A stretch of 64,000 nucleotides of DNA from an uncultured Candidatus Saccharibacteria bacterium (GCA_964639295.1 CAZXDT010000001.1:52784-116783), one strand, 5' to 3'; positions 9,825 to 19,840 are shown, numbered from the stretch's first letter. Numbers and translations are program-made. Notes: generated from the sequence alone by a model not told the origin.

Positions 9825-10313
9825 ATGGAATTATTCGACCTAGTAAATCAGAATGACGAAGTTATCGGTACTACTCATAAAGCAGAGGCACATGGCAAAA
9901 ACCTACTTCACAGAGTTGCTGCTGTATTCGTGTTCGATGGTGAAGGTAAACTTTACGTACAACTCCACAAGAAAAGTGGAAAATATGACCACTCAGTTGG
10001 GGGACATGTATCTCAAGGGGAGAATTATGACCAAGCCGCCAAGAGAGAGTCAGAAGAAGAGCTTGGAATTACACAGCCATTAGATTTCGTTTCAAGATTT
10101 TATTCTGACGAAGGTGATATGCGTCATATGTTTGGGATTTACGAATGTATAGCTGAAGATACCTGGAAATTTGTTCCTAATGATGAAGTAGAAGAAATTA
10201 CTCCTATGACAATTATGGCTATACGTAAAGACATGGAACAAAGACCAGAGCTATTCACAGGCGGATTTATTAACACCATGTCCGAATACTGCAGGGTTAA
10301 GCAAATAGTCTAG
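9825..10313 (+). CDS. NUDIX hydrolase (IDI/YfcD-like; cassette)
   Basis: LHR, GGHVSQGENYDQAAKRESEEELG Nudix box. Confidence 0.88.
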   Translation: MELFDLVNQNDEVIGTTHKAEAHGKNLLHRVAAVFVFDGEGKLYVQLHKKSGKYDHSVGGHVSQGENYDQAAKRESEEELGITQPLDFVSRFYSDEGDMRHMFGIYECIAEDTWKFVPNDEVEEITPMTIMAIRKDMEQRPELFTGGFINTMSEYCRVKQIV

Positions 10314-10324
10314 ACTAAACCTGG

Positions 10325-10347
10325 ACTCGGAAGTCGATTACTAGGGC
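10325..10347 (+). repeat. Truncated terminal repeat D (left half only)
   Basis: ACTCGGAAGTCGATTACTAGGGC resembles the left half of repeats B/E/F. Confidence 0.65.
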
Positions 10348-10361
10348 AAACTGAAAAACGC

Positions 10362-10847
10362 CTACTGGTCGTAGGCGGCTTGGAGGGCGGCGATGTCGAT
10401 CTTTTTCATCTGTAGCATGACTGCCATTGCTTGACCTGACTTAACTTTGTCTGGGCCCATTAATAAGTCACCCATTTGTTTAGGAACAATTTGCCAACTA
10501 ATACCAAACTTATCCTTACACCAACCGCACTGTTCTGATTCTGGTACTGCCGACAACTTTTCCCAGTAGTAATCTACTTCTTCTTGTCCATCACAGTTCA
10601 CAATAAACGACACTGCTTCATTTGGTTTGAATATAGGGCCACCGTCTAAGCACACGAACTCATGACCATCTAAATCAATGACACCGTGTAAAATTTTGCC
10701 CTCAAAGCCCTTCATAGGACCCTCCGGGACTTCCTCCGGATATCGATCCATGGCTACTATTTTTGAATTCTTGAATACGCTAGCGTAGTAGTTCATTGCT
10801 TCTTCGGCATTGCGATCAAACCATAGCCCAGTAGAAATTTTTTGCAT
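10362..10847 (-). CDS. VOC family protein (PhnB/3-dmu-9 MT-like)
   Basis: LWFD..AEEA, CGWCKDKFGISWQIVP, MKKIDIAAL. Confidence 0.9.
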   Translation of the reverse strand: MQKISTGLWFDRNAEEAMNYYASVFKNSKIVAMDRYPEEVPEGPMKGFEGKILHGVIDLDGHEFVCLDGGPIFKPNEAVSFIVNCDGQEEVDYYWEKLSAVPESEQCGWCKDKFGISWQIVPKQMGDLLMGPDKVKSGQAMAVMLQMKKIDIAALQAAYDQ

Positions 10848-10931
10848 ACAAATACTCCTATTTACTTGTTATTAGCTTAGCAAGCTTAATGAAACTATGT
10901 GCAATATTTATCACAGTAAGGACTGTGTCAC

Positions 10932-12500
10932 CTACCAGTGTTTTACAACTCGCCCAATAACTTGATCGATCTTAAGTGGGCCGTTCAGCCTGGAATCAAC
11001 AGAACCTGGTCGATTGTCACCGGCCACGAACACTTCATCTGACGCCAACTTAATGTCTATCAAGGCGTCTGAAGTATCTTTATGCATAGTTTTCTCCCAT
11101 CCAGAACCTTTATCAACCTTGAAGCCACGAACGTTATCTTCGTTATACACTGTCACAACGCCGTTGATAACAGTTACGCGTTCTCCTGGCAAACCGAGCA
11201 CACGCTTGACGATAATATGCTCGTTTTCTTGGATCTGCTCCGGGGAAACAAGGCCATACACCGCGTTAATTACGACTACATCACCACGATGCAGTGTCGG
11301 ACGTTCATGATTAAAATGGGCAATTGTCTGGGGTAGTCGATACACCAACATGGACTGTTTATCCTGGAAAGTTGAAGTCATACTTTCTCCATTCACATGG
11401 TAGATAGTGGCGACGTTGTTTTTCACCGTAAAATACAAGCCGATAACGAATAGAGGTATCAGCCAAAAAATACCGATGTACTTTAAGGTCGTCTTGTTTC
11501 GCCTAACCCACACAATAAACTTTTTGCTAAAAAACCGTTCCAGTGCGTAATCAACTCTTTCAAGCAAGATTTCAACATAGAGCGCTATACGTTGCCTGAA
11601 CGTATTCATTCTCAATAAACCATGGTAGACCAGCCTCCTATAATGTTGAACATATAGCTGCATACATCTATACGTCAGAATCAGCAACGTAATTACCAAG
11701 ATAATAGCAAAGATGAGTTTCGATACATTCCTACCAAGCCCAAAAGTACGATAGATGAGATTAAATAGACTATCGTTAAAGTTATCCGGAACTATTTGTT
11801 CATGTACAACTTGCTGCCCAGACTGATACTGTGAGACCCTTAGTAACTGTTGCCTTGGATATGAAACGTATCGCATATCAAACGGTAGTAATTTTGATGT
11901 ACTGTACGCAAGTTTACCTGAAACATAATAGTCAACTTTATTTAACGAGTCATAGTCAGGACTGGCGGGGATACCGACGAGTAGCGAGGCCTTGTCCCTA
12001 AGTGTTGTAGGTGCCTTAATATAGGCTTTTTCACTCCCTTGAACTAATTCACATTCAACTTTAGGCACACAGACCGGGTTCTCTGGATCGAGTAGTAATA
12101 CTGCTGGTCGGTTGGCATTTGGTACATTTGTAAGTTTGGGTGAAATAAGTTCCAGGACGACTCGACCATCACTGGGTATTATGGTCCCAACCTTGGTCCA
12201 GGTATCACCGTTTAGAACAGTAGAACCAATGATCCGACAACCACCTTCAAGTGATTCATTAACCTGATTAATCCTGACCTGCAACGATTGGCCACGAGTT
12301 CCTAGCTTGGCATACACATTTTTTGCGGTACTAATGTCTAGTATTGCAGTGTATGAGCCGTCAACACTCTCGCTACATCCGGTAGTAAAATTAAACTCTT
12401 TTGAATCTGCAAATGCAGTCCCGCAATGACTGATTATTAGTACTAACGCTAAAACTAATAAGGAGATAAAGCTCGAAAGCTGTGTTCTGATTCTTATCAC
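10932..12500 (-). CDS. Signal peptidase I domain fused to a long extracytoplasmic N-terminal region
   Basis: C-terminal GESM, IVKRV, GDNRPGSVDSR motifs. Confidence 0.8.
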   Translation of the reverse strand: MIRIRTQLSSFISLLVLALVLIISHCGTAFADSKEFNFTTGCSESVDGSYTAILDISTAKNVYAKLGTRGQSLQVRINQVNESLEGGCRIIGSTVLNGDTWTKVGTIIPSDGRVVLELISPKLTNVPNANRPAVLLLDPENPVCVPKVECELVQGSEKAYIKAPTTLRDKASLLVGIPASPDYDSLNKVDYYVSGKLAYSTSKLLPFDMRYVSYPRQQLLRVSQYQSGQQVVHEQIVPDNFNDSLFNLIYRTFGLGRNVSKLIFAIILVITLLILTYRCMQLYVQHYRRLVYHGLLRMNTFRQRIALYVEILLERVDYALERFFSKKFIVWVRRNKTTLKYIGIFWLIPLFVIGLYFTVKNNVATIYHVNGESMTSTFQDKQSMLVYRLPQTIAHFNHERPTLHRGDVVVINAVYGLVSPEQIQENEHIIVKRVLGLPGERVTVINGVVTVYNEDNVRGFKVDKGSGWEKTMHKDTSDALIDIKLASDEVFVAGDNRPGSVDSRLNGPLKIDQVIGRVVKHW

Positions 12501-12521
12501 GGGGTAGTCACATTATTAACA

Positions 12522-12554
12522 AAATAGGGTGATCGTGATACGGTCACCCTATTT
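12522..12554. terminator. Intrinsic terminator-like hairpin
   Basis: AAATAGGGTGATCG/CGGTCACCCTATTT downstream of 12569..13045. Confidence 0.7.
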
Positions 12555-12568
12555 ATTATTTTAATTCT

Positions 12569-13045
12569 TTATTCTGTTGTAAGCTTCCAGCTAGTACGGT
12601 GGCCGTTCTTTTCACCACTCACAACTACACCAACATCATGTGGATAGTATATCGGACCTGCGTAGTAGCGATATGTTTTAGGCCCGTCAGTATCGTAAGT
12701 TGTCCACATCTGACCATCCCTACCTGAAGATCTACCGGCTCCAACATACAAGGTTGAAGCAGCACCCCAATTGTCGTTTATTGTCAGTGCACAACCACGA
12801 CCTGCGGCGTTCTTGTAGTTATACAGCTTAAAGCCATAACCGTCTTGAGTGTGTTTTAGGTTATAGCCTGAGCCACAAATTGACGAGTAAGCTCCTGCAG
12901 CATCCGCCTTAAGCTTGCCTTCGTTCTGGCCTTTGTTTTTATTCAGAACGAGAAGCCCCGCTCCTGCAGCTACAACAGCAACAGCGACTACTGCTATGAG
13001 GGCAACGTGAGCGATACCTTGCTCAGATTTAATCCTAAGTTTCAT
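12569..13045 (-). CDS. Secreted protein, prepilin-like leader with SapA-like domain
   Basis: KSEQG|IAHVAL leader; CGSGY...C..T...YYAGPIY recalls Streptomyces spore-associated protein A. Confidence 0.55.
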   Translation of the reverse strand: MKLRIKSEQGIAHVALIAVVAVAVVAAGAGLLVLNKNKGQNEGKLKADAAGAYSSICGSGYNLKHTQDGYGFKLYNYKNAAGRGCALTINDNWGAASTLYVGAGRSSGRDGQMWTTYDTDGPKTYRYYAGPIYYPHDVGVVVSGEKNGHRTSWKLTTE

Positions 13046-13186
13046 ATTCTTTTTCCTTCTTTATTGTTAGAAATATAACTCAGGGCAATTATACCAACTA
13101 TTCATAAGCATAATCAAACTTCAAACTCTAAACTGTGGATAAGTAATCCTATCCACTATGAGGAATGTAGTAAAAGAAGACATCGA

Positions 13187-14155
13187 CTATTTAACAAAGG
13201 TTCCGGTTGTAGCAAGAGTAATTTGCTTGAAGAGGGTTGCACCCAGAGACATATCATAGCCAGCTGAGCGAGATTTGCTAAATATTACGAGCACATACGG
13301 ACGCTTGCCGTCATCAATAATCGCCGCATCATGAACACGGTCCGCAAGGTAGCCAGGTTTGTGGTACACCTTGATGCCAGCTGAAATGGTATTGGTGATA
13401 AATTCTACTTCTTTAGCCTGAGCCATATAGGAGAGTAGGAGGTCCGTATGTTCTTTATTGATTAGTTTATGTTGGTATAGATCACTGAGCAAAGTCGCTA
13501 CGCTTGCTGGGGTAATGGTATTTGTATCGGGATTATAGTTAGCGATCCCAATAGAGTTTGCGTATTGTGCGAGCTCAGCATGGCTCATAACGCCATTATT
13601 GAAGTCATTCCAGGCTTCGTTGTCACTATCGATAATCATCGCTTTAAGGGCATCCTGCGCAGTTCGTGTACCGACTGATTGTGCAAGTGTGGCTTTGCCT
13701 TGCTCAACATCGTGTAAATACGCAATTGCCGTTAGAAGCTTGGCTGTACTAGCGGCCACGAACGGATTCTGCACGCCATATGTTTGGCTATCGCCCGTCT
13801 TGATATCAATTATCGCAACACCTATATCCATATAAGGGTATTTTTGTATTTCCGCATTAATAGCTGTGTTCATTGAAGTGAAATCGAGCTTCTGTACAAC
13901 CTCTGGCTTAGGAGTGGCTGCCTGAACCTCACTCGTGTTCACGCCTTGAACAGAACCACCTTTGTGACCAGGGAGTCCAAAGATAAATCCTGCTGCCGTA
14001 AGTAGTCCTACCATGACGAACAGTGCCGGAAGTTTACTATGGCGAGTGACAGGCTGCTGCCTTTGTGCAACACCATGTGCACGGTTAGGATAACTTACCG
14101 TACGGACGATTTGAGGCTGCTGTGGTTGTTTCTTTTGTGAATTAAATAAAAACAT
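13187..14155 (-). CDS. Serine hydrolase, class A beta-lactamase-like fold
   Basis: STAK, SDN, HKPG; TM anchor. Confidence 0.85.
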   Translation of the reverse strand: MFLFNSQKKQPQQPQIVRTVSYPNRAHGVAQRQQPVTRHSKLPALFVMVGLLTAAGFIFGLPGHKGGSVQGVNTSEVQAATPKPEVVQKLDFTSMNTAINAEIQKYPYMDIGVAIIDIKTGDSQTYGVQNPFVAASTAKLLTAIAYLHDVEQGKATLAQSVGTRTAQDALKAMIIDSDNEAWNDFNNGVMSHAELAQYANSIGIANYNPDTNTITPASVATLLSDLYQHKLINKEHTDLLLSYMAQAKEVEFITNTISAGIKVYHKPGYLADRVHDAAIIDDGKRPYVLVIFSKSRSAGYDMSLGATLFKQITLATTGTFVK

Positions 14156-14407
14156 AATTATGATGGACGAACCATTCTATTGTACTGTATCTCCCTTATG
14201 GTTGCGAGTGGGTTTATTACCCCTATACGGTAAGATTTCTCATTGAGAGGAACCTGAATGAGGCCTAGTCTGCAAACATACTTAAGCGGGGGGTAGTATG
14301 AAAAAGACGTATCAAAACGTAGACAATGACAAGAAGGTGAAGAGACAATCAACACCTACCACTTGGGACAAATTCTTGTTGTATTAAACCTGAGATTACC
14401 TTGAGTT

Positions 14408-14423
14408 TGTGATAAATTTCACT
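14408..14423. promoter_or_regulatory. CRP/FNR-type box
   Basis: TGTGA-TAAATT-TCACT, near a Crp/Fnr gene. Confidence 0.55.
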
Positions 14424-14487
14424 GCTTGGTACAAACAACTCGAATACGATGATAGTGCAACCAACGTAAAGGCAAAGGGACAAAGGA

Positions 14488-14637
14488 ATGAAGAAAACCA
14501 ATGTACTCAAAAACCTAAGCGTGCGTGACGCCATGAGTTTCACGGACCTCTTTGAGGAGATCTCCAGTGACTGGGAACTCAAGGCAGAGCGCTTGCAAAA
14601 TCGCAGGTGGAGGGAGCTGAAGCGTAAGCTCTATTGA
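14488..14637 (+). CDS. Small protein (49 aa, not in ORF track)
   Basis: AAAGGA RBS; MKKTNVLKNL...DWELKAERLQNRRWRELKRKLY; followed by terminator. Confidence 0.65.
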   Translation: MKKTNVLKNLSVRDAMSFTDLFEEISSDWELKAERLQNRRWRELKRKLY

Positions 14638-14656
14638 AGCTTGGTACTAAAACAAC

Positions 14657-14691
14657 AAAACCGTCCGAGTTGCCACTCAGGCGGTTTTTTT
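14657..14691. terminator. Bidirectional intrinsic terminator
   Basis: AAAACCG..GAGT/ACTC..CGGTTTTT between convergent genes. Confidence 0.7.
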
Positions 14692-15397
14692 AAGACTTAC
14701 GTTTGCCGGACTTCAGCGCAAGGTTACCCATACCGTATTCTTCGTCCAAAAGTTCGTTTAACCTATCGGTGCGAATAATATAATTCTGACGTTTGTACGT
14801 TAGCACGCCTTTACGTTGTAGCTTCTTAAGCTCAATACCTGTTGTTTCACGTGTTAGCCCCATGAAGTTGGCAAGATCTTGCTGGGTAAACGGAATCTCA
14901 ATCCTGACCATGTCTTTTTTAATATCGCTACCGAAGCTAAGACATAGGAAATGGATAGTATTGAGTACCTTGGCAGCAGCTTTAGACTGTTCAAGTGCGT
15001 TGACTCGTAACTGGTATAACGCATATTTCGACATGAAGCTCTCAAATACACCCATTAAACGTGATGTGTCCTTGGAGATATATGCCTTGTAGTCCTCACG
15101 GGGGACACAATAGACCTCACACTTAGTGAAAGCCTCGTGGTAATATGAGATTCGAGTGACTTGGCCAAACACCCAAGCGAGTGGGAAAATGTCTCCCGGA
15201 GCATCAAAGCCGATTGGCTTTTCTTCACCCTGGGAAGTCAGATTATAGGTCTTAACTATGCCTTTCTTCAATATATACACGCAGTCAGGGGTCTCACCCT
15301 GCACCAGTATTAACTCACCCTTATCGAACTTTCGGGTACGGTATTTTTGCAAAAAGAGACGGAATGGATCAATCCTAATAGGCACGTGTGCCACCAC
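14690..15397 (-). CDS. Crp/Fnr family transcriptional regulator
   Basis: cNMP-binding beta-roll and HTH TQQDLANFMGLTRETT. Confidence 0.92.
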   Translation of the reverse strand: MVAHVPIRIDPFRLFLQKYRTRKFDKGELILVQGETPDCVYILKKGIVKTYNLTSQGEEKPIGFDAPGDIFPLAWVFGQVTRISYYHEAFTKCEVYCVPREDYKAYISKDTSRLMGVFESFMSKYALYQLRVNALEQSKAAAKVLNTIHFLCLSFGSDIKKDMVRIEIPFTQQDLANFMGLTRETTGIELKKLQRKGVLTYKRQNYIIRTDRLNELLDEEYGMGNLALKSGKRKS

Positions 15398-15420
15398 CTT
15401 CTTGTAAATTACTGTTTAAA

Positions 15421-15957
15421 CTATCCGGCAACTGGAGGCTTGGGCGCAACTACTTTACCCTTGTAGGAATCTTTTATCTGGAAGAGTAAGTAGAAACCAA
15501 GTGCAGAGCCGACAAGACCCATTATAAAGCTTCCGAACCCACGTCCGCTAATAAATACAGCCACTACGGAGTAAACAACATTTAGGACAGAGCCAAGGAA
15601 AAGTAAATCCCAACCACGCCTTTGGAGTTTCTGAAGTGGTGAGAATGCCATTAGAAGAATAACGCCATCAAGTACCAAAGTTGCAATACCGAGGTAGATA
15701 ACTGTCTTATCAAAAGCACTGTAACCAACTGATGAGCCACCATAATACTGTGATAGCTGGTTAGTGAGGTCAATGAGCGGTTGAGTGGCGTCAAGCAGGC
15801 GCCATAATGCCCACGCTGCAGCCAATTGTAGGATACCAAATATCAGTGCAAGCCACGGCCAGACTGCCACTAAGTTCTTTTTAGCATTTGCAGGTAGAGA
15901 CGGTGCGTCTTTGAATACACCTTCTAATGATTTTTCGAGCTTTTTAACGAGTTCCAT
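15421..15957 (-). CDS. Four-TM membrane protein of unknown function
   Basis: Hydrophobic helices; GAGGAG RBS. Confidence 0.7.
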   Translation of the reverse strand: MELVKKLEKSLEGVFKDAPSLPANAKKNLVAVWPWLALIFGILQLAAAWALWRLLDATQPLIDLTNQLSQYYGGSSVGYSAFDKTVIYLGIATLVLDGVILLMAFSPLQKLQRRGWDLLFLGSVLNVVYSVVAVFISGRGFGSFIMGLVGSALGFYLLFQIKDSYKGKVVAPKPPVAG

Positions 15958-16082
15958 GTCACATACTCCTCATTTAATCTAAGTATCAGCTTAGTCCTGC
16001 ACAGAGAGAGTTGCAAGTCCTTTATGCTAGTACTCAGATAAACTACAGGTTAGAAACTTCAATATTAGGTACAATAAGGGTA

Positions 16083-19000
16083 ATGGATTTTGATATGGCC
16101 TATAAAGAGTTAAACGATGCGCAGCGGCAAGCAGTCGATACAATTGACGGGCCATTACTGGTTATTGCCGGGCCTGGAACAGGCAAGACACAACTACTGA
16201 GTGCCCGTGTTGCCAATATACTGACAAAAACTGATGTCAGCCCAAGTAACATCCTGTGTCTGACCTTTACTGAGTCTGGTGCACAAAACATGCGCGACCG
16301 ATTGCGTAGTCTAATTGGCGACAGCGCTTATGATGTAGCAATCAGTACCTACCACAGTTTTGGTAGCGACATTATCAAGAACTACAGTGAATATTTCCAG
16401 CATATTGGAATTGATCGATCAGATGACGTCCGCATGGAGCGGCCCGTTGATGAACTGACACAAATCCAAATTGTAGAACATATTCTTGGCAAATTGCCAT
16501 TTGATAGCCCACTGCTCAGTGCGAGATATTATGTAAAAAGTGTTGTGAGCACCATCAGTGACCTTAAGCAGCATCTCCTCACGCCTGATTCGTTACGGGA
16601 ATTGGCGACAAGCAACCTTGCACAAATAGACCAAGCCCAGCCAGTTATAGATGATATCGTAAACAGTGTTGGCGGCATATCACGAAAAAAGGCAGAGAAG
16701 CTGCAGCAGTATCAGCAATTACTTGATCAACTGTCCGTACTTAGTGGTGATCTTATAGAACAAGCAGCTGCAGACTTACAGAAGGCACACGACAAGGCGG
16801 CGGAACAAAACTCCCCAACACCACTCACTAAGTGGAAGAATGACTGGCTCCACAAAAATGACCAAGATCAGTTTGTGCTGACCGATCCGCTCCGCAGCCA
16901 AAAGATGCTCGAACTGGCTAATATTTACCAAGCATACGAACAGGCACTCAAGGCCAAGGCTTCTTACGACTTTGACGACATGATTCTCCGGGCAATTGAT
17001 GGCCTACAGAAAAACGACGAACTTCGCTTCAATCTCCAGGAACGATACCAATATATTTTGCTCGATGAGTTCCAGGACACCAACCCATCTCAATTTGAGC
17101 TAGTTAAACGCATTGCTGATCACCCCGTACATGAAGGTCGGCCTAACATAATGGCGGTAGGTGATGACGACCAGGCTATTTTTGCATTCCAGGGTGCAAA
17201 CGTTGGCAATATGAAGGATTTTATCGCGAGTTTCCGCGAAGTCGGCATTATAAACCTGACTAAAAACTACCGTTCGCACGCTGACATATTGCATGTCGCA
17301 CATAATATAGCCGGCCAAATAGAGGACCGACTCCATACACAGCTACAAGACATCGATAAAGTACTGGAAGCCAGCGCTACTGATTTGCCAAAGAGCGCAC
17401 TAGTTAGTCGACATGAATTTGCGGCAGAAGCCAGTGAGTACTCATGGGTTGCACAGAAGATTACACAACTCATTGGGGACGGAGCAGACCCTTCAGATAT
17501 TGCAGTACTTGCCCCTAAACACCGACTACTTGAGAATATTGTCCCGTTCCTTAAACAATCAGATGTGGCGGTATCGTATGAAAAGCGCGAAAACATCCTA
17601 GAAACCGAAATTGTTCAGGGACTACGACTTGCTGCTCAGCTATTGGATGCATTGGCATCTGGTCAAACGGCATTAGCTAATCAGTACTTTCCGCTTGTTC
17701 TCAGTCTGCCGTATTGGCAGATTCAACCACAAGATATTTGGAAGATAAATTGGCAATTTGCCAAGAGAGACGAGACGCGGCCCTGGGCAGAAATCGCACT
17801 GGAATCACCGGCACTGAAACATGCCGTAACGTTCTACTTGGCGCTCAGCAGCACAGCAGCTATTGAGCCACTGGAAATCACACTTGATAAATTAGCTGGT
17901 AGTTTGCCGGTAGAACAGGGGAGCTTTAAAGAAACAGCGCCACTTAAGAACTTTTATTTTGAGACCAGCAAGCGCACCTCAGATGCGCTCAAATATTACG
18001 AGGCGATATCACACCTCAGTGTTATTCGTGCCCGTTTGCGTGAGTACCAAGCTGCGACTGATCGTCAGTTGCGTCTGGAAGATTTCTTGGACTTCTTTGT
18101 GATGTACGAGGCGGCAGAGGCTTCGCTTATTAACTCGCATCCTGTTGCCCAGAGTGCTCACGCCGTACAGCTTATGACTGCTTACAAGGCTAAAGGACTA
18201 GAGTTTAACCATGTGTTTATCCTGCAAGCTCACGACGATGTCTGGGGCAGTGCCAGTACTGGTGGCGGCAACAAACTCAGTCTACCGGCTAACCTTAGCT
18301 ATATTCGCTATACAAACTCCACCAATGACGAGCGACTCAGAGTATTCTTTGTAGCCCTTACTCGTGCAAAACATGGTCTCTATATCACTTCACACGCTAC
18401 AAAAGATAGTGGCAAAGCTACCACACCACTGAAATACCTTGCAGAAGCAGAGGGAGTATCTGCGCACCTGCCGCAGCACGCACAGGTAATTCAGACTCAA
18501 GATGTGAAGCCTCAGCAACTTGCTCAAGATATAGAAACACTGTGGCAAGCGGGCCAAGTGAGCCTTCCTGCTGACTTCCGCAGCTTGCTTGCTGACGGGC
18601 TTAAACGGTACCAAATGAGCCCGACTCATCTCAATACATTCTTAGATGTTGAGCGTAACGGTCCGGAGGCATTCCTCGTCCAAACCTTACTCCGCTTCCC
18701 ACAAGCGCCATCTGCTAGTGGCGAATATGGAACCGCTGTCCACAATAGTCTTGAGTGGTACCAAAATCAGCTTAATGCAGATAAACAACCCTCAACTGCA
18801 CAGCTAATCAAACAGTTCAACTACGAGCTAGACAATCGCTACATGACAGATGGCGATCGTGACCATTCACGCTCCAAAGGCCATATTGCACTGCAGCAAT
18901 ATGTCGCCAGTCGTGCAGAGATGTTTAAGAGGACGGCTAAAGCAGAAGTTAACTTCTATAGCGAAGGAGTACTCTTAGGTGATGCACACTTGAGTGGCAA

Positions 19001-19394
19001 AATTGACCGTCTTGAAATTGATGAGCAAGCCAAAACCGTACGTATTGTGGATTATAAAACTGGCGCACCGCTTACCAAATGGGGCGGTAGCGTTAAGGCA
19101 CTTAAATACAAGCAACAACTCTACTTCTACAAGTTCCTTATAGAGGGCAGTAATACCTGGAAGGGATATACCGTTAAGGAAGCTCGACTCGAGTTTATTG
19201 AACCCAACAAGCTTATCGACGGCAGCATCCAGCCACCACTTTCTATTACTTTTGATACTACAGAAGAAGCACACATGAAACAGCTCATTAAGGTTGTTTG
19301 GGATAAGATCCAGGCCCTCGACCTGCCAGATATTAGCAGTTATTCAAAAGACCTGAAAGGTATTCAGGCCTTTGAAAACGACTTATTGACATAG
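16083..19394 (+). CDS. UvrD/PcrA-type SF1 helicase with C-terminal PD-(D/E)XK nuclease
   Basis: AGPGTGKT, DEFQD, GDDDQ, NYRS, KGLEF, VALTRA; GKIDR..IVDYKT. Confidence 0.92.
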   Translation: MDFDMAYKELNDAQRQAVDTIDGPLLVIAGPGTGKTQLLSARVANILTKTDVSPSNILCLTFTESGAQNMRDRLRSLIGDSAYDVAISTYHSFGSDIIKNYSEYFQHIGIDRSDDVRMERPVDELTQIQIVEHILGKLPFDSPLLSARYYVKSVVSTISDLKQHLLTPDSLRELATSNLAQIDQAQPVIDDIVNSVGGISRKKAEKLQQYQQLLDQLSVLSGDLIEQAAADLQKAHDKAAEQNSPTPLTKWKNDWLHKNDQDQFVLTDPLRSQKMLELANIYQAYEQALKAKASYDFDDMILRAIDGLQKNDELRFNLQERYQYILLDEFQDTNPSQFELVKRIADHPVHEGRPNIMAVGDDDQAIFAFQGANVGNMKDFIASFREVGIINLTKNYRSHADILHVAHNIAGQIEDRLHTQLQDIDKVLEASATDLPKSALVSRHEFAAEASEYSWVAQKITQLIGDGADPSDIAVLAPKHRLLENIVPFLKQSDVAVSYEKRENILETEIVQGLRLAAQLLDALASGQTALANQYFPLVLSLPYWQIQPQDIWKINWQFAKRDETRPWAEIALESPALKHAVTFYLALSSTAAIEPLEITLDKLAGSLPVEQGSFKETAPLKNFYFETSKRTSDALKYYEAISHLSVIRARLREYQAATDRQLRLEDFLDFFVMYEAAEASLINSHPVAQSAHAVQLMTAYKAKGLEFNHVFILQAHDDVWGSASTGGGNKLSLPANLSYIRYTNSTNDERLRVFFVALTRAKHGLYITSHATKDSGKATTPLKYLAEAEGVSAHLPQHAQVIQTQDVKPQQLAQDIETLWQAGQVSLPADFRSLLADGLKRYQMSPTHLNTFLDVERNGPEAFLVQTLLRFPQAPSASGEYGTAVHNSLEWYQNQLNADKQPSTAQLIKQFNYELDNRYMTDGDRDHSRSKGHIALQQYVASRAEMFKRTAKAEVNFYSEGVLLGDAHLSGKIDRLEIDEQAKTVRIVDYKTGAPLTKWGGSVKALKYKQQLYFYKFLIEGSNTWKGYTVKEARLEFIEPNKLIDGSIQPPLSITFDTTEEAHMKQLIKVVWDKIQALDLPDISSYSKDLKGIQAFENDLLT

Positions 19395-19417
19395 GGTGTA
19401 TGTAGAACTAATGTCAA

Positions 19418-19840
19418 CTAGCGATTTTTGTGACGTCTTAATCCAGCTACCTTGAGGCGTACGGCCGAACGGTCGATCATCGCTTGGGCCTTATCAAGTT
19501 CGACTTGATCTTTGGCTTCTGCTTTTTGTTTCTTGGCGAGTTCTAGTGCCTTTTCAGCCTCGGCAGCTACGATTTCATCTGGGCTGTCGGCATCGTCTAC
19601 AAGTATGCGTAATTTAGTAGTGTCGATTTCTACCACACCACCATTAATAGCAAAGTATTCAAGAGATTGGTCATTATCACTCTTGTTGCGACGAACCGTA
19701 AGTACACCAGGAACAGCAATAGTCACGAGTGGCTCATGGCCCGGATAGACCGCAATCTCACCAGAAGAAGTAGGCAAGACGACTTCATACACATCGTCAT
19801 CCATCTTTAAACCGGTAAGGGTGATGAGCTGTAGTTTCAT
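19418..19840 (-). CDS. atpC: ATP synthase epsilon subunit
   Basis: GEIAVYPGHEP, FAINGG; operon position. Confidence 0.92.
   Translation of the reverse strand: MKLQLITLTGLKMDDDVYEVVLPTSSGEIAVYPGHEPLVTIAVPGVLTVRRNKSDNDQSLEYFAINGGVVEIDTTKLRILVDDADSPDEIVAAEAEKALELAKKQKAEAKDQVELDKAQAMIDRSAVRLKVAGLRRHKNR

Noticed and set aside
13187-14155. Beta-lactam resistance genes (also 43821..44690)
   Set aside because: Only fold-level motifs with deviations (KPG, SDC); activity cannot be inferred.
16083-19394. Helicase-nuclease as a defence system
   Set aside because: Architecture matches ordinary UvrD/AddA-like repair enzymes in a housekeeping context.
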